Of a DNA stretch of 64,000 bases, positions 34,959 through 46,635 are shown in pieces; position 1 is the first letter of the stretch, and every line of letters begins with the position of its first letter. The notes beneath the pieces were generated by a model. It was not told the origin of the DNA. It saw nothing but the letters and a program-made list of their open reading frames with translations, and did not search any database. Position numbers and translations under genes: made by a program. This DNA comes from Patescibacteria group bacterium (GTDB lineage: Bacteria > Patescibacteriota > Minisyncoccia > UBA6257 > UBA9933). The stretch covers positions 22,518 through 86,517 of the forward strand of contig JASEIG010000001.1 of the NCBI GenBank assembly GCA_030017615.1, read 5' to 3'.

Positions 34959-35315
34959 ATTTATAAAAAATTATGGGATTCTCGTCGAAAATTCCCTAAA
35001 ATCATTCAAATATTATTTGTTGATCACCAACAGTATCAAGACCATATCCTAAATCTTTCGCTCCGGTTTTTTTTATCTATAAAACTTCCTCCTGCTACTC
35101 CGCTTACATACCCTTTTGTTTTGATTTTTATTTGGATAAGACTTGTGTTAATTTCTATACTATCGTTTAATATTACTGTGTGTATAATGTGTCCTCCCAA
35201 ACTGATAGATTTTTTTTATAAAAGATACTAAAATTTAATATAATTAATATTATTTAAAATGCCAAATTTTTTAAATATTATATTTACCTTGTAAAAAATT
35301 TTTAATCAAAAGTTT

Positions 35316-37061
35316 ATGTATATTTTAGGGATTAATGCTTATCATGGCGATTCATCAGCTTGTTTGATTAAGGATGGAAAACTTGTTGTCGCGCTAGAGG
35401 AAGAAAGAATTAGGAGAATAAAACATTGGGCGGGTTTACCAATAAAAGCAACCCAATTTTGCCTGGATTTTGCTGGCATCAAATTTGGCGATGTTGATTA
35501 CATCGCCGTTTCCCGTGACCCAAAGGCGCATTTATTAAACAAAATTATTTTTACACTTTTAAGACTGCCGAAAATAACTTCGGTCATTGACCGCCTTAAT
35601 AATCGCAGGAAAATCAGGGGATTTTACAAAGAATTGGCAGCGGCTTTCAACGCCAACGGGCAAAAGCTTAAGAATAAAATATATAACATTGAACATCATC
35701 GCTCTCATTTGGCGAGCGCTTTTTTTGTTTCCCCGTATGAGCGGGCCGCAGTTTTGTCAATTGACGGAATGGGTGATTTTATTTCAACTATGTGGGGAAT
35801 TGGCAAAGGCAATAAAATAAAGGTTTTTGGTCAGGTCAAATATCCGCATTCGCTCGGTTTTCTTTACACGGCAATTACCCAATACTTGGGTTTTTGGAAA
35901 TACGGCGACGAATATAAAGTAATGGGACTTTCGGCTTTCGGCAAGCCGATTTATCTTGAAAATATGAGAAAAATGATAAAATTTAAGCATAATGGCGGGT
36001 TTAAACTAACCCTTGATTATTTTATCCATCAAAAAAAAGGAGTAAAAATGGCTTGGCAAGGAGGAGAGCCAATACTTGGCAAATTATACTCCGATAAATT
36101 AATTGAATTGCTTGGCCCGGCAAGGGGAAAAGAAGAGTCATTGACGCATCGGCACGAAAATATCGCCGCTTCAGTTCAGGCGCTTTATGAGGAGGTGTTT
36201 TTTTATATTTTAGATAATCTTTATGAAAAGACCGGTTGTGATAATCTGTGTTTTGCAGGCGGCACTGCCCAAAATAGCTTAGCGAACGGGAAAATTTTCA
36301 GAAATTCCAAGTTTAAAGATATCTATATTCCGCCTGCCGGTTCTGACGCAGGTACCGCGGTTGGCGCGGCTTATTATCTTTACAATCAGATTCTGTATAA
36401 TCCGCGCGAATTTGTGATGAGTTCGTCGTTTTGGGGGCCGGAATATTCCGAAGAAAATCTCAAATCTCAAATCTCAAATCTCAAAAACAGGGGCAATTTT
36501 TTGATTGAACATCTTGATGACAAAAAATTAATTGAAAAAGCGGCCAAGTTTTTGGCGGACAGCAAGGTGGTCGGCTGGTTTCAGGGCAGAACCGAATGGG
36601 GGCCCAGGGCTTTGGGCAACAGAAGCATATTGGCAAATCCTTGCGATCCCAAGATAAAGGATATTTTAAATCTTAAAATCAAAAAAAGAGAATCGTTCAG
36701 GCCGTTCGCTCCGGCGATTTTAGAAGAGGAAGTTTTAAATTATTTTACGGAAAATAAGCCAGTGCCTTTTATGGAAAAGGTTTTTTCAATCAAGCCGGAA
36801 AAAAGGAAAATAATTCCAGCCGTCGTTCATGCGGACGGAACAGGAAGGTTACAGACTGTAAGTCGTGAAAATAATCCCTTATATTACGATTTAATAAAAG
36901 AATTCGGGCGCTTGACCGGTGTTCCGATTTTAATAAACACTTCTTTTAACGAAAATGAACCAATAGTTAATAAACCGGAGGAAGCGATAAATTGTTTTTT
37001 GAGAACTGATATGGATGTTTTGGTTTTGGGAAATTATATAGTGCTACGAAATACAAAATGA
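35316..37061 (+). CDS. Carbamoyltransferase (NodU/CmcH family)
   Basis: MYILGINAYHGDSSACLIKDGKLVVALEEERIRRIKHWAG N-terminus and the C-terminal VVGWFQGRTEWGPRALGNRSIL motif. Contains the (AAATCTC)4 tract. Confidence 0.8.
   Translation: MYILGINAYHGDSSACLIKDGKLVVALEEERIRRIKHWAGLPIKATQFCLDFAGIKFGDVDYIAVSRDPKAHLLNKIIFTLLRLPKITSVIDRLNNRRKIRGFYKELAAAFNANGQKLKNKIYNIEHHRSHLASAFFVSPYERAAVLSIDGMGDFISTMWGIGKGNKIKVFGQVKYPHSLGFLYTAITQYLGFWKYGDEYKVMGLSAFGKPIYLENMRKMIKFKHNGGFKLTLDYFIHQKKGVKMAWQGGEPILGKLYSDKLIELLGPARGKEESLTHRHENIAASVQALYEEVFFYILDNLYEKTGCDNLCFAGGTAQNSLANGKIFRNSKFKDIYIPPAGSDAGTAVGAAYYLYNQILYNPREFVMSSSFWGPEYSEENLKSQISNLKNRGNFLIEHLDDKKLIEKAAKFLADSKVVGWFQGRTEWGPRALGNRSILANPCDPKIKDILNLKIKKRESFRPFAPAILEEEVLNYFTENKPVPFMEKVFSIKPEKRKIIPAVVHADGTGRLQTVSRENNPLYYDLIKEFGRLTGVPILINTSFNENEPIVNKPEEAINCFLRTDMDVLVLGNYIVLRNTK
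36456..36483 (+). repeat. Heptanucleotide tandem repeat (AAATCTC)x4, in frame inside the carbamoyltransferase CDS (encodes LKSQISNLK)
   Basis: aaatctcaaatctcaaatctcaaatctc read directly. Same unit as at 17938-17965. Confidence 0.8.
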
Positions 37062-37849
37062 ATACAAAATTACGAAATTACGAAAAAGAAAATCAGCCGT
37101 CAGTTTCAATAATTACAGTTGTTTTTAATAATAAGAATTTCATTGAAGGCGCTATTAAAAGCGTTTTGAGCCAGACCTATCAAAACATTGAATATATCGT
37201 TATTGATGGCGGCTCAATCGACGGCACAAAAGAAATTATTGAAAAATATGGAAATAAAATCGCTAAATTTGTTTCCGAGCCGGACAAAGGAATTTACGAC
37301 GCGATGAACAAGGGGTTGAAATTGGCAACAGGGAAAATTGTCGGTATTTTGAATTCCGATGATTTCTACGCAGATAAAAATGTGATTGAAAAAGTCGTTA
37401 AAAAATTTGAAGAAACAAAAATTGATTGTTTGTGGAGTGATTTAGTTTATGTTGACAGAAAAGATGTTAATAAAATTGTCAGATTTTGGAAGTCGTCGGA
37501 ATACACCGAAAGAAAATTTAGAATGGGAGGGTATCCTCCTCACCCAACATTTTTTGTAAAAAAAGAGATATATGACAAATATGGATTGTTTAATTTGAAT
37601 TTTAAGATTGCGGCTGATATTGAAATAATGCTGAGATTTTTAGAAAGGTTTAAAATATCGTCGGCATATATTTCAGAAGTTTTGGTAAAAATGAGAATTG
37701 GAGGAATAAGCGCTAAAAACATAAAAAATATAATCAAGGCGAATATTGAAACTTATCGCGCGTGGAAAGTTAACGGACTAAAAATGGGTTTTTGGACAAT
37801 TTTTTTGAAACCGTTGTCAAAAATTTCCCAGCTTATAAAGAGAAAATAA
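37058..37849 (+). CDS. Glycosyltransferase family 2
   Basis: VSIITVVFNN...IVIDGGSIDGT...LNSDD motifs. 4-bp overlap with the carbamoyltransferase gene. Confidence 0.7.
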   Translation: MNTKLRNYEKENQPSVSIITVVFNNKNFIEGAIKSVLSQTYQNIEYIVIDGGSIDGTKEIIEKYGNKIAKFVSEPDKGIYDAMNKGLKLATGKIVGILNSDDFYADKNVIEKVVKKFEETKIDCLWSDLVYVDRKDVNKIVRFWKSSEYTERKFRMGGYPPHPTFFVKKEIYDKYGLFNLNFKIAADIEIMLRFLERFKISSAYISEVLVKMRIGGISAKNIKNIIKANIETYRAWKVNGLKMGFWTIFLKPLSKISQLIKRK

Positions 37850-37910
37850 TGTGCCGCTTTTGACTTTGACAGAATTATAAATTTGTGATTAAAATAAATA
37901 ATAACTATTT

Positions 37911-39310
37911 ATGAAGAATTTATACGGCGTTATTTTAGCCGGCGGTTCCGGAACTCGGTTGTGGCCTATCAGCCGCGAACTTTATCCAAAACAACTTCTG
38001 AAACTTTTTGGAAACAAGACTTTAATCCAGCAAACTTTTGCTCGGCTTAAAAAAATTATTTCTCCTGAACATATATATATTATAACCAGCGGTAGTTTTG
38101 CCGATGGTGTTTATTTGCAGCTTAGGCATCTCGGGCTTGAACGCGGCAATATAATAATTGAAGTGGCGAGAAAAAATACGGGACCCGCGGCGGCCTTGGC
38201 CTCAAAGAAAATTTTTGAAAAAGACAAGGCGGCAGTTATTTTGGTTTCTCCCGCGGATCATATCATAAAATCGGAGGCGGAATTTTTTAAAAACGTCAAA
38301 GCCGCGGTAAAGGAGGCGGGACGCGGTTTTCTTGTTATTTTTGGGATTTCTCCGAATTATTCCAATATTGATTACGGCTATATCAAAACGAGTTTAAAAA
38401 ATAAGGATAAAAAATTGAAAACCGTTCTGGCTGTTGAAAAATTTATTGAGAAGCCGGATTTTAAAAAGGCAAAAAAATTAATTGATGAAAATTATCTTTG
38501 GAACAGCGGGATTTTTGTTTGGAAAGCAAAAACGGTTCTTAATGAAATTAAAAACCATTTGCCTAAAGTCCATAAAGCGATAAATTCAGATAATCGGAAA
38601 TTGTATTCTTCGCTTCAAGCGGTTTCCATAGATGAGGGAGTTTTGGGAAAATCCAATAAAATCAGAGTTGTTCCCGCGAGTTTTAAATGGACAGATATTG
38701 GTTCCTGGAAGACCTTGCACGATTTTTTGCCCAAAAATTCGGATAATAACGTTTTGACGGGCAAAATTTTTGCGTTGGAGTGCAAAAATTCTCTTATTCA
38801 TGGGACATCGGAAAAAAGAGCGATAATGGCGATAGGTCTGAATAATTTGGCGGTTGTTGACACTGAGGACGCGGTCTTGATTTCTCATAAAGACAAGACT
38901 CATAATGTAAAGAAGCTTTTAAAAAAGATGAAATCAGACAATATTCCCCAGTATTCACAACATATGACGATGTTTCGGCCATGGGGAATGTTCACCGTGG
39001 TGGAAGAGGGCGATGGCTTTAAGGTTAAAAAAATAGTCGTTAACCCCAAACAAAAAACCAGTTTACAGAGACATGATAAGCGTTCTGAACACTGGGTTGT
39101 TTTAAAAGGAGTTGCCAAAGTTGCATTAAATGATAATATTATTTATCTGAATCAGCATCAAAGCATTGATATTCCAATAGGAGTAATACACCGCTTGGAA
39201 AATTCAGAAATAATTCCTTTGGAAATTATTGAAGTGCAAAATGGAAATTATCTGGGCGAAGACGATATTATAAGAGTTAAAGATAAATATAAAAGAAATA
39301 CTCAAACAAT

Positions 39311-39314
<4 letters not shown>
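37911..39314 (+). CDS. manC: Mannose-1-phosphate guanylyltransferase / mannose-6-phosphate isomerase (bifunctional ManC/CpsB type with C-terminal cupin)
   Basis: [22 protein letters not shown]-terminal NTP-transferase motif. C-terminal cupin HRLEN...EVQ. 467 aa. Confidence 0.8.
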
Positions 39315-41244
<1,930 letters not shown>

Positions 41245-41266
41245 ATTTAATTTAAAAAGTCCTTAA

Positions 41267-42742
41267 TTAAGGACTTTTTATTTTCGCCAATCTTATTAGT
41301 AATTTTACTTCGTCCATTATTTTTTCTTTCAGTAAATATAAGGCGATTGCGTAAATTCCGATTGAAACGGCGATGTTTATAATTACATTTACGCCAAATT
41401 TGTCAAAAACAAAACTTGAAATTCCCATTATAATTGTCGCTAAGATTATTTTTTTAATATGAATAAAAGTTTCAAAACCGTTTATTTTTTTAATCATTTT
41501 CCAAGAAAGAGCGTTGCTTATAAATTGGGATATAATAGTTGCGATTGCCGAGCCGGCGATTCCGTAAACCGGTATTAAAAACGCGTTAAGCGCTATGTTG
41601 CCGAATGCGGCAATTGCCATATAAACAGCCAATTTTTTTTGTTTATTATATGCAAGAATGGCATTTCCCATCAATGTTCCGGGGAAAATTATAATCATTG
41701 TGCCTACGAGGATTTGAAAAGAGATTACGGCTGGCAGATATTCCGCGCCGTAAATCAAAGAAATTATTGATTTGCCCAAAATAACGCCTCCGACCGTCAT
41801 TGGTATGGCTATCATAAACACCATCGCCATAGTTATTTCTATAAGTTGTTTTGTTTTCTCTTTATTTTGCTGGCCCACAAAACGTGAAAGAGGCGGAAAA
41901 GTCGCGCCCGCAAAAATTGCCGGCAGGGAATAAAGTGTTTGGATAATTTTTTGTCCGGCTGAGTAGAAGCCAATTTCTTCGGCTGTTCTCATCCAGCCAA
42001 GCATAATAAGATCTGTGTTAAGCATAAAAGCGCCAATTATTCCGGTTAAAGCTATTGGCCATGCGGAATTTATAAGGGGTTTTACTAATTTTTTTTCAAA
42101 ATAACCAACTACTTTTTTAAATTCTCCTCTGATAATAATTATTGATGCCAAAGCGCCGATACCAGTACTGATAGCGTAAGAAAATGTTAACGCTTTTAAG
42201 GATGCGGTGAAATAGAGGGCTATAAAACCCAAAGCAGTAATAGAAAAATTTGTCAGAAGATTTGCGAACGCCTCATATTCCATTTTTTCTTTTGCTCTGT
42301 AAATTGACTGGGAGAATTCCCTTAATCCGTCAAATACTATTATCATAACCACGAAGTACATCATCGTAGCTACGCCGGAAATTTTTGAAAAATGAGGCGC
42401 TATAATTAATACTATTGCCGTCGTTAAAGAGAACAGTAGAATTTTTATCCAGAAAGCTGTTGAAAAATATTCGGAAGCGCGATCGGGTTTTTGTGAAATT
42501 TCTTTGGTAACTGTTTGATTGATTCCGATGTCGGAAAAAATAGTAAAGAAACCGGCTAATCCGAGCAAATAAGAAAAAAGTCCGTAATTAGCAGCTCCTA
42601 AAACGCGCGCGGCATAAATTATTACAACTGCTCTTATCAAGCGGCTACCCACCTGGCTTATACTGAGCCAAAAAGTGTTTTTTATTATCGTTTGTTTAGC
42701 GCTACGATTCTGGAAAAGCAGTTCTTTTAATCTTTTTAACAT
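41267..42742 (-). CDS. Polysaccharide/oligosaccharide flippase (Wzx-like, MOP superfamily)
   Basis: 491 aa, about 12-14 TM helices. Polysacc_synt-like N-terminal region. Directly downstream of the phosphoglycosyltransferase on the same strand. Confidence 0.65.
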   Translation of the reverse strand: MLKRLKELLFQNRSAKQTIIKNTFWLSISQVGSRLIRAVVIIYAARVLGAANYGLFSYLLGLAGFFTIFSDIGINQTVTKEISQKPDRASEYFSTAFWIKILLFSLTTAIVLIIAPHFSKISGVATMMYFVVMIIVFDGLREFSQSIYRAKEKMEYEAFANLLTNFSITALGFIALYFTASLKALTFSYAISTGIGALASIIIIRGEFKKVVGYFEKKLVKPLINSAWPIALTGIIGAFMLNTDLIMLGWMRTAEEIGFYSAGQKIIQTLYSLPAIFAGATFPPLSRFVGQQNKEKTKQLIEITMAMVFMIAIPMTVGGVILGKSIISLIYGAEYLPAVISFQILVGTMIIIFPGTLMGNAILAYNKQKKLAVYMAIAAFGNIALNAFLIPVYGIAGSAIATIISQFISNALSWKMIKKINGFETFIHIKKIILATIIMGISSFVFDKFGVNVIINIAVSIGIYAIALYLLKEKIMDEVKLLIRLAKIKSP

Positions 42743-42744
42743 TT

Positions 42745-44058
42745 TTATTTCAAAGAAGTGAATAAATATTTAACGGTTTTAAGGAGAATTAGAAAATCAA
42801 TCGGGAGCGATCTGTTTTTAATGTAATAAATATCATATCTAAGTTTTTCTTTCGCTTCCTCAACCGACGCGCTTGGTTTGTAATTGACTTGCGCCCAACC
42901 GGTTAATCCGGGTTTTATTATGTGTCGCAAATCGTAATATGACAATTGCCGGTAAAGTTCCGCCAATTCGGTTCTTTCCGCTCGCGGGCCGATAAATGAA
43001 ATATCTCCCTTTAAAATATTGTAGAGCTGGGGAATTTCGTCTAAGTGACTATAGCGCAGGAATTTTCCGATAGAAGTGAGACGACTGTCGTTTTGGGTGG
43101 TCCATAAAGGACCATTGTGTCCGGTAACCATTGTGCGGAATTTATAAAGAACAAACGTTTTATTATTTAAGCCAGTTCTTTCTTGTTTGTAAATTGATGG
43201 TCCTTTTGAAGTAATTTTAACCAGCAAAGCGATTATTGCTATTACAGGAGACAGCGCGATAAGCAAAATAAAAGAAAGGAAAATATCAAACATTCTTTTT
43301 AAAAATTCGTAGGCGGGACGGAGAATAATTATTTTTTCCACGAACCAACTTTCCTCCAATTCTTCAAAAGCGAGTTTTTGGAATATGGTTTCGTAAAAAG
43401 TGACGGAATCTGTTATTAAAATTTTTGCGGCGAGAAGCTTATAAGCGGCTTTGGCTATTTCGGTGTCTTTTTTGAAATTGGGCTGGATAATGACAGTATT
43501 GACGTGCTTTTCTGAAATAATTTGACTGAGGTTTTTTATTTCGGATAAATCGGAAACTTGACCGGCTATGTCATATCCCATTTGAGGGTTTGATTTGAGA
43601 TGCCCGATTATTTCGTTAATAATCGGCGACTGCCCGACAGTCAAAATGCGGTTTCTCCATCCGCTTGAGATGTATAATTTTGCCAGACTAAATCTCCACC
43701 CGAGATCAAGAAGCGCGAAAATCACGGAAAAAATAAATAAATTGGTTTTCGGAGTGAGTTGAAAAAAAGAGGCGAATAAATAAAAAAGAACAATGGAAAT
43801 TATCGCTCCCAAGAAAACACTAAATAAACATCTCTGAATTGTTGAAAAATTGAGGGCCACAAATCTTTCCCGATAAAGATCGTTTAAATAAAAAATTATA
43901 ATCCAAATAATGAAAATAACCGAAAATGGTTTTATGTGATTTGTGAAAACTTCGGGAAACTCACTGGTTTTGTATCGGATAAGAAGAGTGGCTACCAGTG
44001 ACGCGTATAAAAGAATAATGTCTCCAAATAAAATTATAAGTTTTTTAGCTTTAGACAT
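42745..44058 (-). CDS. Initiating polyprenyl-phosphate sugar phosphotransferase (WbaP/CpsE bacterial sugar transferase family)
   Basis: C-terminal FDIFLSFILLIALSPV...KGPSIYKQERTG...KFRTM...DEIPQLYNILKGDISFIGPRA is the Bac_transf domain signature. N-terminal TM helices. Confidence 0.75.
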   Translation of the reverse strand: MSKAKKLIILFGDIILLYASLVATLLIRYKTSEFPEVFTNHIKPFSVIFIIWIIIFYLNDLYRERFVALNFSTIQRCLFSVFLGAIISIVLFYLFASFFQLTPKTNLFIFSVIFALLDLGWRFSLAKLYISSGWRNRILTVGQSPIINEIIGHLKSNPQMGYDIAGQVSDLSEIKNLSQIISEKHVNTVIIQPNFKKDTEIAKAAYKLLAAKILITDSVTFYETIFQKLAFEELEESWFVEKIIILRPAYEFLKRMFDIFLSFILLIALSPVIAIIALLVKITSKGPSIYKQERTGLNNKTFVLYKFRTMVTGHNGPLWTTQNDSRLTSIGKFLRYSHLDEIPQLYNILKGDISFIGPRAERTELAELYRQLSYYDLRHIIKPGLTGWAQVNYKPSASVEEAKEKLRYDIYYIKNRSLPIDFLILLKTVKYLFTSLK

Positions 44059-44398
44059 ATTTGTTTTGTCCGGTTTTTCGGATTTTACAATATAGAATTT
44101 ATACCATAAGAAAGGAAATTAGTTAAGTTTTTACGGGATTGTATAGTTATATGAATAGTCAATATGGATAAAAATACAGTTAAAAATACAGTGAAAAAAA
44201 TATTTTAAAATATTTCATTAAAGTATTTCACAATTGTGATTTATTTTAGTAGGTGGGGATAAGTGTATTTGGAAAATAAATAATCGGGTTTTATAATGAA
44301 ATAATTAAACCTAGTGAGGAGGGTATTGTTTTTTACAGTTACAAAAAAGTTGATGAAATAATAATTTATAGATATAGTGGGTAGAATATTTTTGAAAT

Positions 44399-44989
44399 AT
44401 GGAAATATCAAATAATAATCAAAACGAGCAATTAAATCCCAATTCTTCTAAAAAATCGTATCTAAAGTTTGTTTTGGGGTTTTTTGGGATTGTTGCCGCG
44501 GTTTTTATAGGAACTCCTTTAGCAATAAATATTTATAATAATTATAAAGATAAACACAGATTTGACGATTATTTTCAGGCTGAAAAAGAGTATTTAGACG
44601 CTTTAAAAAATGATACTTATGGAGGGAAGACACCTCAAGAAACGTATGAAATGTTTGTTAAAACTATAAAGACTAACAATATCTTGGAAGCGGCTAAATT
44701 TTATTACGGGGATAATACTGTAAGCGCTTATAAGCGATTCAAAAAAATGCAGGACGACGGGAGCTTGGAAAATTGGATAAATGAATTGCCAAAATGGGGG
44801 AATATGAAAGAAGTGGAATATTGGGATTCAAATGGAAAAGAGTTTGAATATGAGTATGTGCAAAAAAAGGAAGAACTTATTCATGATCTTTCTGGGCTAG
44901 ATATTAAAATACCTGTCGGGCAAAGAATTAAATCCATTATTTTTCAACAAAGTAAATCAGCTAATATTTGGAAAATTTACGAGCTATGA
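44399..44989 (+). CDS. Hypothetical membrane-anchored (N-terminal TM) protein
   Basis: One N-terminal hydrophobic helix (FVLGFFGIVAAVFIGTPLAI). No recognisable domain. Confidence 0.35.
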   Translation: MEISNNNQNEQLNPNSSKKSYLKFVLGFFGIVAAVFIGTPLAINIYNNYKDKHRFDDYFQAEKEYLDALKNDTYGGKTPQETYEMFVKTIKTNNILEAAKFYYGDNTVSAYKRFKKMQDDGSLENWINELPKWGNMKEVEYWDSNGKEFEYEYVQKKEELIHDLSGLDIKIPVGQRIKSIIFQQSKSANIWKIYEL

Positions 44990-46635
44990 AAATAAATAAA
45001 TTAAAATTTTTTACGGTTTCTATTACTCTATTCTTTTTTGTGTTCTCATTTTCTTTTGCGCTGGCTTACGAGCCTATTCCCACTCATCGCGATTTAACGA
45101 AAAAAATAATAGAAGTTTATAACAAGTATTATGAACCAAAAATTTCCGAACAGGAAGCTCAGTGGATAATGGACGGGACTGTAAAAGAAGACATAATTCC
45201 AAGGTGGATTAATCATTTCTACGACCCTATTTATAATCAAGGATGGACTGGAGAAAAAGAAGGAGATATGTCTGCGGAAACGGTGCAAAAATTATCCAAA
45301 ATTTTTATTTCCACAAGCAACGCGCTTTCTTCGGTAAATTGGCTGCATAATCAGGATGAGCAGTGGAAATACGGACTTTATGAAGGAAATCAAACTTATG
45401 ACAGAGCTTTAAAAGCTTTTGGATGGGCGGAAAATATTAAAAATAAAAATTTCACAAGCAACGCGCCTTCTTGGGTAAGTTATGTATCCGCTTATAAAGC
45501 TTTAGGACATACGCTTCATTTATTGGAAGATTTAGGAGTGCCGGCGCACACAAGAGGAGATACTCACGCGGATGTAGTCGGGTCAAATGATAACGGCGAT
45601 CCTTATGAAACGTGGGTTGCGGAAGGGAATAACGGAGATTTAAATTTTTTAAATAATTTGAATTTACAGAACAATTCATATTGTTCAAAAATTAATGAAT
45701 GTTTTATAAATTTGGCGAAATATTCAAATGAGAATTTTTATAGCAAGGATACAATTGATGATCTGAAATATAGTATTTTAAAATTTAAATATCAAAAATT
45801 AGAAAATAATAAAATTTTTCTTTATAGAGAAGATAATTTTGGAAATAATTATATTTTTAAAGTTTATGATAATGAAATTAATAAAAATGTAATTAGTAAT
45901 CCTCAAGTTCACAAATCATACTGGCAACTTCTTTCAAAACAAATTGTGTTGTCAGGTGTTCAAGTAATAAAGCAATTTCGTGAAGATGCGAGAGATAGCA
46001 CTGAAAATTTGGCTTTAAACCCTCCGTCAAGTTCGTTTAGTTGTGATGGTGTTTTATGCAAAGGATTTAATCTTTCATTTCTTAGTTTATTTGATAAAGC
46101 TGTGGGCTCGGTAAAATCTGTTTGGGGACAATTAGCGAATACAGCTAACAATCTCATATCCGCCGTTAAGGGGGTTTTTGCTTCAAATTATAATGATGGC
46201 TTTAAGCAGATTGGGGAGATTAATTTGGAAACGCAAACAACGAAAGATGCGTCAAAAGAAGCGAATGGAATTTCTACGCAAGCCGACGACAATAAAAAAT
46301 CCGACGGCAATTCCAAAAATGACGACAGAGAAATCAGTAAATTAAAAAAAGAAATCACGTCTTTAAAAAAGGAAATCAGCGCGCTGAAAAATGGAAAAAA
46401 TCAGAAAGAAGAACCCGCGTCTGAAGAAAATTCCCTCGCTTCATCATCAAATAAGCCGGATAAAAATAAAAAAGAAAGTAATTCTAAAAATAAAAACAAT
46501 GAAATTGATAAAAATGAAATAAAACATCCATGTTTTTTTAATACTGGCGGCAATCCTTCGCATTCGGGAATGATTATAAATGAAATAGCGTGGATGGGAC
46601 CATCAACAGCGCCAGCGACGAATGGATGGAGCTGA
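44986..46635 (+). CDS. N-terminal part of a giant secreted protein: signal peptide, Zn-hydrolase (P1 nuclease/phospholipase C-like HxxxDxxxxxH) region, coiled coil, start of lamin-tail domain; truncated by a frameshift near 46605
   Basis: Signal peptide FTVSITLFFFVFSFSFALA. GHTLHLLEDLGVPAHTRGDTH fits H-x3-D-x5-H zinc ligands. KLKKEITSLKKEISALK coiled coil. C-terminal IINEIAWMG is the first half of an LTD motif. Confidence 0.5.
   Translation: MKINKLKFFTVSITLFFFVFSFSFALAYEPIPTHRDLTKKIIEVYNKYYEPKISEQEAQWIMDGTVKEDIIPRWINHFYDPIYNQGWTGEKEGDMSAETVQKLSKIFISTSNALSSVNWLHNQDEQWKYGLYEGNQTYDRALKAFGWAENIKNKNFTSNAPSWVSYVSAYKALGHTLHLLEDLGVPAHTRGDTHADVVGSNDNGDPYETWVAEGNNGDLNFLNNLNLQNNSYCSKINECFINLAKYSNENFYSKDTIDDLKYSILKFKYQKLENNKIFLYREDNFGNNYIFKVYDNEINKNVISNPQVHKSYWQLLSKQIVLSGVQVIKQFREDARDSTENLALNPPSSSFSCDGVLCKGFNLSFLSLFDKAVGSVKSVWGQLANTANNLISAVKGVFASNYNDGFKQIGEINLETQTTKDASKEANGISTQADDNKKSDGNSKNDDREISKLKKEITSLKKEISALKNGKNQKEEPASEENSLASSSNKPDKNKKESNSKNKNNEIDKNEIKHPCFFNTGGNPSHSGMIINEIAWMGPSTAPATNGWS

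Noticed and set aside
17938-36483. Possible CRISPR array suggested by the short direct repeats (AAATCTC)n
   Set aside because: Units are 7 nt, contiguous with no spacers, lie inside coding sequence and occur at two distant loci. No cas genes are present. They are treated as microsatellite/slippage tracts instead.
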